A stretch of DNA of 64,000 nucleotides from Torpedo marmorata. Taxonomy: Eukaryota. How positions within the stretch are numbered: the stretch's first letter is position 1; each line of letters begins with the position of its first letter. A program made the translations under genes and the position numbers. Where the stretch lies: positions 48,980,001 through 49,044,000 of the forward strand of contig OZ360236.1 of assembly GCA_977017645.1 (NCBI GenBank). The letters run 5' to 3'. The notes below the pieces were generated by a model. The model was not told where the DNA came from. It did not search any database and saw only the letters and a list, made by a program, of their open reading frames with translations. Shown in pieces: positions 11,004-22,724 of the stretch.

Positions 11004-13583
11004 TCACTCCCTCTTGGAGAGTTTGTTAGTGTAGAAACATGTTAACGACATTTCTCCCAGGAACGCAACCCACCGAGTGCTTCCCGGTCCCCGAGCAACT
11101 ACTTCCCCTTTTCTGGGCGGACCTTGTGGCTGCTGCACCCATACCCACCGGACTCCTCAGGATCCTGAAGGTCAACCTCATCTACCTTTTGCTGTGCCGA
11201 TGTGGCCAAATGTCTAGAAAGCGGGGATCCCCCTGTGTAATGGGGCGTGAGTTAAGATGGTCCACTGCTTCTTGCAGCACGCTGAGCCACCCCTTGAGAG
11301 TGTTGTCGGGTGTCAGCGTGCACAGCTTTTGCTGGAGGAGACCGTTCATCCTTTCAATTAGACCTGATGCTTGTGGGTGGTAGGGAATGTGATAGGAGCC
11401 AGGAGATACCAGCCTCTGTCGCCCAGTTTTGTAAAATGTGAGCCCTGATTGGACTGTACCTCCCATGGTGCTCCAGAAATGGAGGAGAGATATTTCAGTC
11501 CCTGTATGGTGTTGTCCTGGTCGGCCCGCTCGCAGGGCACTAACACCAGAGTAGGTATCCACCATAGTCAGTTTAAAGGCCTTTTTCTTTTGGCGTGGGA
11601 GAGGGCCAACATAGTGTACTTGGCCCGCTCCCGTGCCACGCTGAATGTGCCCCAGTGTACCCGTAGCCAGCCCCGTGGTTTAACCTGCTGGCATGTGGGG
11701 CAATTGTCTACCCCAGGTGACCGCTCTTCCTGTGGGCCCATGTTTCCAGGGTACCGGAATCTACATCATTGGAGCAGATGGAGGCTGTGAAGACTTGCGC
11801 TGCACGGTCCACGGCAGCATTGTAAATGGCCTCCGCTGTGGCCCTGTTGGAGTGGGCATCCACATAGTTGACCATGAGTGCCCTCTGCCCAGCCTGCTCC
11901 CAGATGTACCTGCAGTGTTGCTGACCCCACAGTGGGCGATTGTGGATCATCCACCCCGTGTTGTGCCAATGAGGCATCCAAACCACCATCCCGTTCGTCA
12001 CTGCCCATGAGTCCGTACAGATACAGAGCGGACACGTTGATTTAATCGCGAGCGCAACCATCGACTGGAGCCGTCCATGAACCACGCTTGCTGCTGTTGT
12101 TCTTTGGTGAGGGAGTCAAATGGCTGACCCCAGGAAATGGGGGAGGGATTGACGGTGGGGACTTCGGGAAGGGGATCGTGACTCTCAGGGAGGGACATGA
12201 TTTTCTCGTGCAGCCTGCTGACTTCTTCTAGCCCTGCCTCTGCCCTGTCGGCAATATACCACTGCCACTTAACAATAGAGGAACGCTGCACACGTCCCTC
12301 TTTGTGGGTGGCATCGGAGGATTTAATCCACTGCATAATGGGCAGGTGAGGTCAGAGTATAATGGTGCTCCGTGGTGAGGAGAGCCAAATAGCATGCCAG
12401 GAGCTGGCTTTCGAAGGGGGTGTAGTGATAGGTGGGTTCGGAGAGAGTCTTTGTCCAGAATCCGAGTCGAACTCTGCGACCATTAATTTTCTGCCAGAGG
12501 CTCCACTCGGCTGTTGTGGTGGTGGCTGAGACCTGGAGTTCAAAGGGGACTCCGTCTGGTCTGTCGGGAGGCTAGCGGCAGTGCCTGCTCCACGGCTTGT
12601 TTTGCCATCTCGAATGCTAGCTGCTGCTCAGGGCCCCAGTGAAATGTGGTCTTCTTCCTGGAGACGACATATAGCGGGTGCAGCAGCATGATAAGATGGG
12701 GGATGTGCTGCCGCCAGTAGCCTAAAAGGCCGATGAAACTCTGTTTCAGCCTTATTGGTGGGCACTGCTGTGTTTAATATTTTATTTCATGTCGCCTCTG
12801 GGATATCCCTCTGGCCTGAGTGCCACTGGATTCCCAGGAAGAGGACCGTCTGGCTGGGACCCTGTATTTTCTCCCGATTGATCGCCCTGCCACATGCACA
12901 GAACGCAGAGATGAGGGAGTCCAGTGCCTGCACCACTGTCTCCTCCATGGGGCCCTGGATCAGAATGTCATCGATGTAATAACTTGCATCGATGTCGGGG
13001 GGGGGTGGGGAATATATTTTATGTCGCGGGCTATTAACCCGTGGCAGACAGTGGGACTATGGAGATATCCCTGGGGTAGGCGACAAAAGATGTATTGCAT
13101 GCTATCCCGTGAAGGCAAATTGGTCCTGGAGTCTGAACTTAAGGGGATGGAGAAGAACGCATTGGCAAGGTCCACCATAGCATACCAGGGTGTGATATCC
13201 TTGACCAACGTGACCACATCGGGAACGGCTGCAGCAAGGGGGTGTGGGTGAATTTATTTAATTTGCGGTAATCCATCGTCATGCGCTACGTGCCGTTTTT
13301 GTAGATGGGCCAGACTAGCCTTTTGTTGGGGGACACGGCGGGTCTGATCACCCCCTCACTGAGGAGGGCATCAATCGCTTCCGCAATCTCCTCGTTGCCT
13401 CCTGGCACCCGATACTGGTGGGTGCAGACTACCTTGGAGGGGCGGGGATGACCAGGGGAGTCCATTTGGCCACCCCGACAACAATGGTTGCCGGGCGACC
13501 CCAAATATGAATTTTCCCTTGTTACACAGTGACTGCCCCTTGAGCACATTCATTCCAAGAATGCATTCGGGGGAGGCTGCTAC
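11004..13583 (-). pseudogene. pol: ERV pro-pol (C-terminal protease, RT, RNase H, integrase), disrupted; the rest of the protease is at 23192-23290
   Basis: ECILGMNVL, YAMVDLANAFFSIPL, YYIDDILI, WFMDGSS, TDSWAVTNG, SGLIERMNG and the integrase C-terminus WVWVQQPQGPPRKGEVVARGPGSTRWV, with the stop at 11004. Confidence 0.88.
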
Positions 13584-13703
13584 TGTCATGTATTCTATGT
13601 TAAAAATACACTGCAGACGCAGGCATGATGCTTCATTAACCGTTTAATACAAATCTAAAATGGTTCTCCCGCCACACAGTATATATGAGTGAGGACGTCA
13701 ACA
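13584..13703 (-). repeat. Gypsy 3' LTR (120 bp, internal deletion)
   Basis: Aligns to 23023-23191 but lacks about 47 bp of the U3-side hairpin segment. Confidence 0.9.
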
Positions 13704-16700
13704 CTCTTCCCCCCCCACAAATTAAATGCTTTGTGAAAAATATATTTATGTGTGCAGTATTTATAATAAACTGCGATAACTATGTGCGTGTGTAGTATTT
13801 AGGCGTAATACGTGGTGCCTCTAGACTAATGGTGATTACAATTACAATGTAACGTAAGTATGAAATGATAAAATGTTAAGTCACTGAACATAGTCTTTCA
13901 GTCGTTCTGGTGGACGTTTTTCCCGTTTTGATCGTCTCAGAGAGGTCGACTCTGTCGGGATATTTTGCAGACTCTTCGCCTTTTGGGGTAGTACCTCAGT
14001 TGGTGGCAAGGACTGTGAACTTGATCTTTGGCGAACCCCACTCGGCTGTTGTATAGGACTGGGTTGTTGAAGAGGACGTAATGTTGGGCTGCTCGGTTGA
14101 GGGCTACTTGGTTGAGAAGGGGTCTCCCTTCTCACGGATATTTCTGGAGCCCAGGGAATCTCACCTGGAAGCTCATCGGGATCTTGAGCCGAGGGCGTGG
14201 CCATAGGATCATCTACTGCTCTCATCTGGTCGGTGTCGTTTCCATATTTTAGTTCCCACCAGTATAGAATAAGAACAGGGACTTAGTTTTTTAAGAATAA
14301 CCCCTCTTATCCATGACTCTTTGGTGTCTCGGTAATCCCGTACCAGTACTCGCTCTCCCACTTCTAGAGATCTGGTAGGATTACTTGGAGAAGTGGATTA
14401 CTCTATGCGAAGGCCGATGTTCGGGTGTACTGTGGAAAGTCTTGTTCTTAAGTTACGTCTAAACATTAATTCAGCCGGTGTTCTTTTGGTTGTAGAGTGG
14501 GGCGTGTTTCTATATCCTAATAGGAAATCTGCGATTTTGTGATTCCATGATGCGTTTAGGAGTTTTTTAGTTTTCATGGCTTTTTTGAAAGTTTGCACAA
14601 AACGTTCTGCTTCTCCATTAGTGCTGGGGTGGTAGGGTGCTGATAAGACATGTCGTATACTGTTATTGCGTAGGAATACTTTAACAGCATCCGATACGAT
14701 CTGAGGACCATTATCGGAAACCAGTTCAATAGGCAATCCATATAACGCAAATATACTTCGTAGTCTTTCAATTGTCTGGTCTGTTGTTTTTTCATGTGGG
14801 ATACCACTGGCCATTTAGAGTGTGCATCGACAACAATGAGGAAGTTTTCTCCCATAAATAGACCAGCGAAATCAATGTGAATTCTGTACCATGGTTGCAA
14901 TGGCCATTTCCATGGATTAGCTTCGGCTCGAGGAGCTTTGGGTTGCATATCTTGACAAATGCCACATCATCTTACTGTTTGTTCAATATCAATGCCTATT
15001 GAGGGCCACCAGACATGCATACGTGCCAATGCCTTCATTCGAACCATCCCGGGGTGGTTGTTGTGGAGTTCGGATAACATTGCCGTCTGCCATTTTGTAG
15101 GGATGATTGTTCTGGTCCCCCACAATAAACAACCTTCTTCAATCGATATCTCCTGCCATCGTGTATAATAAGGTTTTAGCTCTTCAGAGATAGCTTCGTC
15201 CTCGGGCCATCCATTTAATGTGAAGTATAGGACTTTTGATAGTGTAGCTTCTTTTCGTACTTCTTGGCTGATCGTATGTGCTGTAATTGGTAAGCGGTGA
15301 AGTTGTTCTTGATTAATAGCTGTAGCCTCTGCTGTCCATTTAATTATCTCGTCTTTTTGTTCAGTTTCTGGTAGTGGTAAGTGAGATAGAGCATCAGCAT
15401 GGTTGTTTTTTGTTGCTGGTTTATGTTTCAAATCGTAATTATATGCGGCGAGCATCATGGCCCACCTTTGAATTCTTGTTGCAGCGAGCACTGGTATCCC
15501 CTTTTTAGGGCTTAGAATCAAACTTAGTGGTTTGTTGTCTGTTACTAAGGTAAATTTTCTACCATAAGTATTGGTGGAATTGTTTGACACCAAATATTAT
15601 GGCAAGCCCTTCTTTTTCAGTTGTGCATAATTACGTTCACAAGTCGTCAAAGACCGGGAGGTATAAGCCACCGGTTGTTCTCCTTTTTCCGTTATCTGTG
15701 ACAACACCGCTCCTAATCCTACTGGTGAAGCATCCACCACAAGAGTCACTTCTTTTTATGGGTCGTAGTGGACGAGAACATTGTTGCATGACGTTAATAG
15801 TTCTTTCAAGCGATCCACCACGTGACTTGTCTCTTCATTCCAGCACCATTTTTGGTCTTTTCTCAACAATTGGTTCAGCGGGCTACATAGCGTTGACATA
15901 TTTGGGATATGCTTTCTATAATGGTTAATCAAACCCAGGAACGACTGCAATTCGGCGCTATTTGTGGGATAGGGTGCTCTGCGGACAGCTTCGGTACCCG
16001 CGGTATCCATTCGGACTCCTTCACTGTTAATTGTAAAGCCAAAATATGTTAAGGAAGGTACCATAAATACACACTTATCCATCTGCGCCTAGACGTTTGC
16101 TTGTTGCAATCGAGTTAGGACTTTTTCTAGGTTGGATAGGTGTTCAGAGTCGTCCCGGCCTGTAATTATAATGTCATCGAGGTAACATCCTACATTAATG
16201 CCATGTAATTGTCCATGGTCGCTTGAAATATTGCCGGGGCTGCTGATATCCCATATGGCATTTGGGTATAGGTGAATAGCCCTAAGTGAGTATTGATTGC
16301 CACATATTTCGTTGAGTCTTCATCCAGTTCTATTTGTTGGTATGCTTGTGATAAGTCCAGCTTTGTAAATTTCTTTCCTCCGTTCAGGGCTTGGAATAAT
16401 TCTTCTGCTTTAGGCATAGGGTGTTCCGGTATTTGCAAAGCTTGGTTAATGGTGACTTTGTAGTCACCACAAATTCGGATTTCTCCGTTGGCTTTGCGCA
16501 CTGGCACGATGGGTGCTGCCCAATCGCTGTATTGTATTCTTTCCAGTATTCCCTCTTTTTCCAATCTGTGAAGTTCTGATTCAATTTTTTCTTTTATTGC
16601 AGATGGTACTGTTCTGGGTTTAAAGAACTTTGGTTCTACCTCTGACTTCGGGTGTAATTTTGCCTGGACTCCTTGGATTTTTCCCAGGCTTTTTTCGAAA

Positions 16701-18834
16701 ATCGTCTGGTATTTCTTGAGAACTGCCTCGTTGTTGCTTGGCCTTATCTTCCAGGCCTAAGTTCATTATGGATCCAATTTCCATCCAGTCTAGTTGAATG
16801 TGTGACAGCCAGTTCCTTCCGAACAGCGCTGGCTCCTTGGTGTCAACGATGTAGAAGGGTAATCTTTTCGATGTTTGATCTTTATATTTCACGTTTACGT
16901 TGCATTTTCCAAACTCCTTGACTTTCTCCCCCGTAACTGTTTTTAACACCGTGTCGGCCTCTTTAATGGTGAGGTGGGGTAGCAGTTGTCTTTTTAAAAA
17001 TAGTGGCATTAACGACACTGCTGCCCGTGTCCAACTCCATTCGAAGATGTTCGTTATTAATTTTCACTTCGACGTAAAATTCCGATTTCTATTTATTTAT
17101 TTTTATCGTTCAATCCGCGAACATACATGACTTGCACTGTCGTGTCTTCTGAGTCGTTTGTTTCAGTGCTGGTATTTCATCCTTCTCTTCCACCACCCTT
17201 ACTCCGGGTGAACGCTTTTCATATTTCAGTCCTTTCTTTTTACCTTTGTTTCTCGGACACTTGGTTCTGATGTGCCCCTGTTTATCACATAGATGGCATC
17301 TAGATCTTTTAAAGTAACAATTATCAGGACTGTGATTGCGTTTCCCGCAGCGAAAGCATTCTTGGCGGGAAAATCTGCCCACCACTAGTGGATCGCCTTG
17401 GCCAATGTCCAAGTTATTATCGGCCATTTCGAAACCCAAGGCTGTATCATGCTGAATCAAGTGTTACTTGTTTTTGACTTAGTAATCGTTGACTGGCACT
17501 GCGGTCTGCTAAACCCATTACTAATAATGGGTTTAATTTAATGGGAATAATTATACTCTTAAGGCTTCGGTTAAGAATTCACCAAACTCAGTGTTGTGAA
17601 AGTTTACGAAATTCAGCCAAAAATTCGCTTACCGATTCGCCTGTTCTCTGTTTTCTGAAGTAAAATCTTTGTCTTCTGCCATTACAGGTGGTTTGGGACT
17701 TAGATGTGTCCCTATTATACCCCACAACTCTGCATAACTTTTTGTTCCTGGTCTTTCAGGTTCTATTAAAGATTTTATCAGTTGAAATGTCTTACTTCCC
17801 ATTTGGCTTAGAAATAGCGATCGTTTTCGGTTGAAAGGCGGAGTCTCAGTAATATAGGCAAGACAGTGATGATCAAATCTCTCTATATCTCTATATCCAC
17901 TCCAGATCTTCTGAAATGTCTGCCTTTTTCCACAAACGTGGCTTCCCCTCCACCACCATCAACTCAGCCCTCACCCGCATCTCCTCCAGTTCCCGCTCAT
18001 CTGCCCTGGCCCCCTCTGCCCCCAGACACAACAAACATAGAATACCCCTCATCCTCACCTACCACCCCACCAGCCTCCGCATCCAACACATTATCCGTCG
18101 GAATTTCCGGCACTTGCTGCAGGATCCCACCACCAGACACATTTTTCCTTCTCCTCCCCTCTCGGCCTTCCGTAGGGACCGCTCCCTCCGTGATTCACTC
18201 GTGCACTCGTCCCTCCCCACCCATCGCACCCCCGGAACCTTCCCCTGTGCCCGCAGGAGGTGCAACACCTGCGCCCACACGTCCCCCCTCACCACGGTCC
18301 AGGGCCCCAAACAGGCCTTCCAAGTGAAGCAACACTTCACTTGTACATCCAGAGGACTTATTTACTGCATCCGGTGCTCCCTTTGTGGCTTTCTATACAT
18401 TGGAGAGACCGGTCGTAGATTGGGAGATCGCTTCGCTCAGCACCTCCGCTCGGTTCGCAACAACAGCGACCTCCCAGTGGCCAACCATTTCAATTCTGTG
18501 TCACACTCCCACACTCACATGTCTGTCCATGGCCTCATGTACTATCCCACCAAGACTACCCGCAAACTGGAGGAACAACATCTCATATTCCGTCTCGGCA
18601 CTCTCCAGCCAGATGGAATTAACATTGACTTTTCTGCTTTCCACTAAACCTGCTTGTTGTTCCCTTCCCCTCCCCCCTCACCTGTCCTTCCTGTGTTTCT
18701 CCAGCTACCCAGCCATCCCTCCTCCCCCTCTTTGCCACTGTCCCCTCCCTCCTGTCTCCACCTATTATCTTCTGCCTTTCCCACCCACCCTTCCCCCCCT
18801 CACTCCTTTGTTCGGACGTCTGCCGGCATTTTCT

Positions 18835-18875
18835 CATACTTTGAAGAAGGGCTCAAGCCTGAAACGTCAGTTATG
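18835..18875 (+). ncRNA. Hammerhead ribozyme motif in upstream pseudo-LTR
   Basis: catact-TTGAAGA-a-gggc(tcaa)gcct-GAAAC-GTC^agttatg, with the predicted cut after 18868. Confidence 0.68.
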
Positions 18876-19020
18876 TATTTCTACCTTTGCTACATAAAAG
18901 ACACTGTTTGACCTGCTGAGTTCTCCAGCATTTGTGTTTTTTACTACATTATTACGGTGTCTACAGATTTTCGTGTTTACTTCTTAATTCTACAACAACT
19001 CTGTGAAAACTCTTTGAGGG

Positions 19021-22000
19021 ATGCCTACCCTGAAGAAGTTCGCCTTTGCTCTCCGAAGGGAGTCCCGTGGGATTCTCTCTCACTGCTCCCCATCTGCAAC
19101 CCCTGCTGCTCTCAAGCTCTACGACCATGTACTCACCCAGACTCGATTCCACAGCCACGTTACCTTCCTTGCTACTTGCCTCCGTCGTCATCTTGTGCCT
19201 CGTGGTTTCCAGCTTCGATTCCAGACCTCGCAGTTTGGCCCCCGCAAGGATGTCAGGTATCTCCACAGCATCGACTGCTGCTCTCTCCGCTTCTCCCAAA
19301 GACTCCTCCGCACCACCCTCACCTCGATGCGGAGATACCAGCGGCAACTCGCCCTCTCCCTGCCACAGCTCCGGACCTCGCTGGCCATGGCCTGCAGCGG
19401 ACCCCTCCTATACTACATCCGCCGCCGGATCCACGCGTTCAACCGCCGGCTCTACACCTACCTGGCGTCCATCAAGAACCGTAAGCTTGCCTCCCTTGAA
19501 ACTGCAGCCTCTGCGACCCTCCACGTGGATCCCCATCTCGGCCCCGGCCGCCTGACCTCCGGAACTCCCAACGCTGCGTCCGCCGACCCGACCCTGGACG
19601 CCGGCCGCCGACTTACCGGAGCTCCCAACGCGACGGCTGCCGACCCGACCCTGGACGCCCGCCACCGACTTATCGGAGCTCCCAACGCGACGGCTGCCGA
19701 CCCGACCCTGGACACCGGCCGCCGACTCACCGGAGCTCCCAACGACGCAGCTACCGACCCGACCCTGGACCCCGGCCCCCGACTTACCGGAGCTCCCAAC
19801 GCGACGGCCGCCTACTCCTACCCGCGCCCCGGGCGCCGACACTACGGTACTCCCGACGCTGCAGCCGCCCACCCCAGCCCGGACCCCGAGCCTCTACTCA
19901 CCAGAGTTCCCGATGCCTCCACTGCCGACTCCCGACACAGACTATTACCTGCTGGAGTCTCCCACGCTGACTGCCACTGGAGTCCTCATCCTGCAACAAT
20001 ATCCCACTTACCTATCCCCCACACTACTCCTTCCCTCTCCCCCTGCACCTCTCCCTACTCCACCCCCATCTCCCCCTCTCTGCCCCACTCTCCTCCCCAA
20101 CCCTCAGACCTCATCCCTTCCCGTCCCTCCATCCCCCTCCTCTCTCTGGCTACCCTCCCTACCCCCCTCTCCCACCCTCCTACCTCCCCTACCCCCCACC
20201 TCCCCCCTCCGACTCCCTCCAACCTCCCCCACCCTCTACCTCCCCCCTCTGACCCCCCCAACCCTCCCCCTCCCCCCAACACCCTCCACGACACCGATCC
20301 CCACTCTAACCCCTGCTTGGTGTTTACTATCCCCTCCGACCTTCCCCTCTCTGAGACGGAGCGCTCCGTCCTCAGTAGAGGCCTCACCTTCGTCCCCCTC
20401 CGCCCACACCTCAACGAGTTCCGCGCACGCCATGATGCCGAACTCTTCTTCCGTCGCCTCCGCCTCCGTGCTCACTTCCATGACCGTGATTCTCCACCCC
20501 CCACCCAAGACCCTTTCTCCCGTTTCAAGCCTTCTTCCTCTTCCTGGACACCCCGTCCTGGCCAGCTGCCTGCTCTGGACCTTTTTATATCCAACTGCCG
20601 CCGAGACATCAACCGTCTCAACTTCACCACCCCCCTCTCGTATTCCAACCTCACCTCCTCAGAACGCTCTGCCCTCCACTCTCTCCGCAACAATCCCAAC
20701 CTCACCATCAAACCCGCAGACAAGGGCGGTGCGGTTGTGGTCTGGCGCACTGACCTCTACCTTGCCGAGGTCAGTCGACAACTCTCAGACACCTCCTCCT
20801 ACCGACCCCTCCCACAGGACCCCACCACAGCACATCAAGCCACTGTCTCCAACACCATCTCCGACCTCATCACCTACGGTCACCTCCCCTCCACGGCCAC
20901 CAACCTCATTCTCCCCCATCCCCGCACTGCCCGTTTCTACCTTCTACCCAAAATACACAAACCCAACCATCCGGGCAGACCCATTGTTTCTGCCTGCTCC
21001 TGCCCCACCGAACTAGTTTCATCTTACCTTGACTCCATCTTTTCTCCCCTGGTCCAATCCCTCCCCACCTACATCCGCGACACCTCACATGCCCTCCATC
21101 TCCTCAATGACTTCAGATTCCCTGAACCGGACCGCATCATCTTCACCATGGATGTCCAATCCCTTTATACCTCCATCCCCCACACAGAAGGTCTGAAAGC
21201 ACTTCGCTTCTTCCTGGACCAAAGACCCGACCAGTCACCCTCTACCACCACCCTCCTCCGCCTGGCAGAACTTGTCCTTACTCTCAATAACTTCTCCTTC
21301 AACTCATCCCACTTCCTCCAAATCAAAGGAGTAGCCATGGGTACCCGCATGGGTCCCAGCTACGCCTGCCTGTTTGTGGGCTTTGTGGAGCAATCCATGC
21401 TGCAAGCCTACACAGGCAAGACCCCTCATCTCTTCCTCCGGTATATCGACGACTACATCGGGGCTGCCTCATGCACCCACGATGAGCTTGTCAACTTCAT
21501 CCACTTCGCATCCAACTTTCACCATGATCTCAAACTCACCTGGTCCATCTCCGATAACACTCTCCCCTTCCTGGATCTCTCTGTCTCCATCTCGGGAGAC
21601 AAGCTTTCCACCGACATTTACTACAAACCCTCCAACTCCCACAACTATCTGGACTACACATCCTCACACCCTGTCCCCTGCAAGGACTCCATCCCCTTCT
21701 CTCAATTTCTCCGCCTCCGCCGCATCTGTTCCCAAGATGAGGTGTTCCACTCCAGATCTTCTGAAATGTCTGCCTTTTTCCACAAACGTGGCTTCCCCTC
21801 CACCACCATCAACTCAGCCCTCACCCGCATCTCCTCCATTTCCCGCTCATCTGCCCTGGCCCCCTCTGCCCCCAGACACAACAAACATAGAATACCCCTC
21901 ATCCTCACCTACCACCCCACCAGCCTCCGCATCCAACACATTATCCGTCGGAATTTCCGGCACTTGCTGCAGGATCCCACCACCAGACACATTTTTCCTT

Positions 22001-22497
22001 CTCCTCCCCTCTCGGCCTTCCGTAGGGACCGCTCCCTCCGTGATTCACTCGTGCACTCGTCCCTCCCCACCCATCGCACCCCCGGAACCTTCCCCTGTGC
22101 CCGCAGGAGGTGCAACACCTGCGCCCACACGTCCCCCCTCACCACGGTCCAGGGCCCCAAACAGGCCTTCCAAGTGAAGCAACACTTCACTTGTACATCC
22201 AGAGGACTTATTTACTGCATCCGGTGCTCCCTTTGTGGCTTTCTATACATTGGAGAGACCGGTCGTAGATTGGGAGATCGCTTCGCTCAGCACCTCCGCT
22301 CGGTTCGCAACAACAGCGACCTCCCAGTGGCCAACCATTTCAATTCTGTGTCACACTCCCACACTCACATGTCTGTCCATGGCCTCATGTACTATCCCAC
22401 CAAGACTACCCGCAAACTGGAGGAACAACATCTCATATTCCGTCTCGGCACTCTCCAGCCAGATGGAATTAACATTGACTTTTCTGCTTTCCACTAA
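19021..22497 (+). CDS. Intact Penelope-like RT + GIY-YIG endonuclease polyprotein (1158 aa)
   Basis: Uninterrupted ORF with KPADKGG, YLLPKIHK..GRPIVS, MDVQSLYTSI, GVAMGT, RYIDD, a Cys-rich linker (CARRRCNTC..FTC, typical of Neptune) and LIYCIRCSLCGFLYIGETGRRL. Confidence 0.95.
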   Translation: MPTLKKFAFALRRESRGILSHCSPSATPAALKLYDHVLTQTRFHSHVTFLATCLRRHLVPRGFQLRFQTSQFGPRKDVRYLHSIDCCSLRFSQRLLRTTLTSMRRYQRQLALSLPQLRTSLAMACSGPLLYYIRRRIHAFNRRLYTYLASIKNRKLASLETAASATLHVDPHLGPGRLTSGTPNAASADPTLDAGRRLTGAPNATAADPTLDARHRLIGAPNATAADPTLDTGRRLTGAPNDAATDPTLDPGPRLTGAPNATAAYSYPRPGRRHYGTPDAAAAHPSPDPEPLLTRVPDASTADSRHRLLPAGVSHADCHWSPHPATISHLPIPHTTPSLSPCTSPYSTPISPSLPHSPPQPSDLIPSRPSIPLLSLATLPTPLSHPPTSPTPHLPPPTPSNLPHPLPPPSDPPNPPPPPNTLHDTDPHSNPCLVFTIPSDLPLSETERSVLSRGLTFVPLRPHLNEFRARHDAELFFRRLRLRAHFHDRDSPPPTQDPFSRFKPSSSSWTPRPGQLPALDLFISNCRRDINRLNFTTPLSYSNLTSSERSALHSLRNNPNLTIKPADKGGAVVVWRTDLYLAEVSRQLSDTSSYRPLPQDPTTAHQATVSNTISDLITYGHLPSTATNLILPHPRTARFYLLPKIHKPNHPGRPIVSACSCPTELVSSYLDSIFSPLVQSLPTYIRDTSHALHLLNDFRFPEPDRIIFTMDVQSLYTSIPHTEGLKALRFFLDQRPDQSPSTTTLLRLAELVLTLNNFSFNSSHFLQIKGVAMGTRMGPSYACLFVGFVEQSMLQAYTGKTPHLFLRYIDDYIGAASCTHDELVNFIHFASNFHHDLKLTWSISDNTLPFLDLSVSISGDKLSTDIYYKPSNSHNYLDYTSSHPVPCKDSIPFSQFLRLRRICSQDEVFHSRSSEMSAFFHKRGFPSTTINSALTRISSISRSSALAPSAPRHNKHRIPLILTYHPTSLRIQHIIRRNFRHLLQDPTTRHIFPSPPLSAFRRDRSLRDSLVHSSLPTHRTPGTFPCARRRCNTCAHTSPLTTVQGPKQAFQVKQHFTCTSRGLIYCIRCSLCGFLYIGETGRRLGDRFAQHLRSVRNNSDLPVANHFNSVSHSHTHMSVHGLMYYPTKTTRKLEEQHLIFRLGTLQPDGINIDFSAFH
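19561..19930 (+). repeat. Coding minisatellite, 57-bp/19-aa unit, about 6.5 copies
   Basis: GAPNATAADPTLDAGRRLT-like units starting at 19561, 19618, 19675 and onward. Confidence 0.9.
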
Positions 22498-22683
22498 ACC
22501 TGCTTGTTGTTCCCTTCCCCTCCCCCCTCACCTGTCCTTCCTGTGTTTCTCCAGCTACCCAGCCATCCCTCCTCCCCCTCTTTGCCACTGTCCCCTCCCT
22601 CCTGTCTCCACCTATTATCTTCTGCCTTTCCCACCCACCCTTCCCCCCTCACTCCTTTGTTCGGACGTCTGCCGGCATTTTCT

Positions 22684-22724
22684 CATACTTTGAAGAAGGG
22701 CTCAAGCCTGAAACGTCAGTTATG
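22684..22724 (+). ncRNA. Hammerhead ribozyme motif in downstream pseudo-LTR
   Basis: Identical to 18835-18875, with the predicted cut after 22717. Confidence 0.68.

Noticed and set aside
17897-18985. Assembly artefact as the explanation for the Penelope duplication
   Set aside because: The copies differ at about 2 sites, one TSD encloses the whole tandem, and partial tandems are typical of Penelope-like elements. It is not fully excluded without reads.
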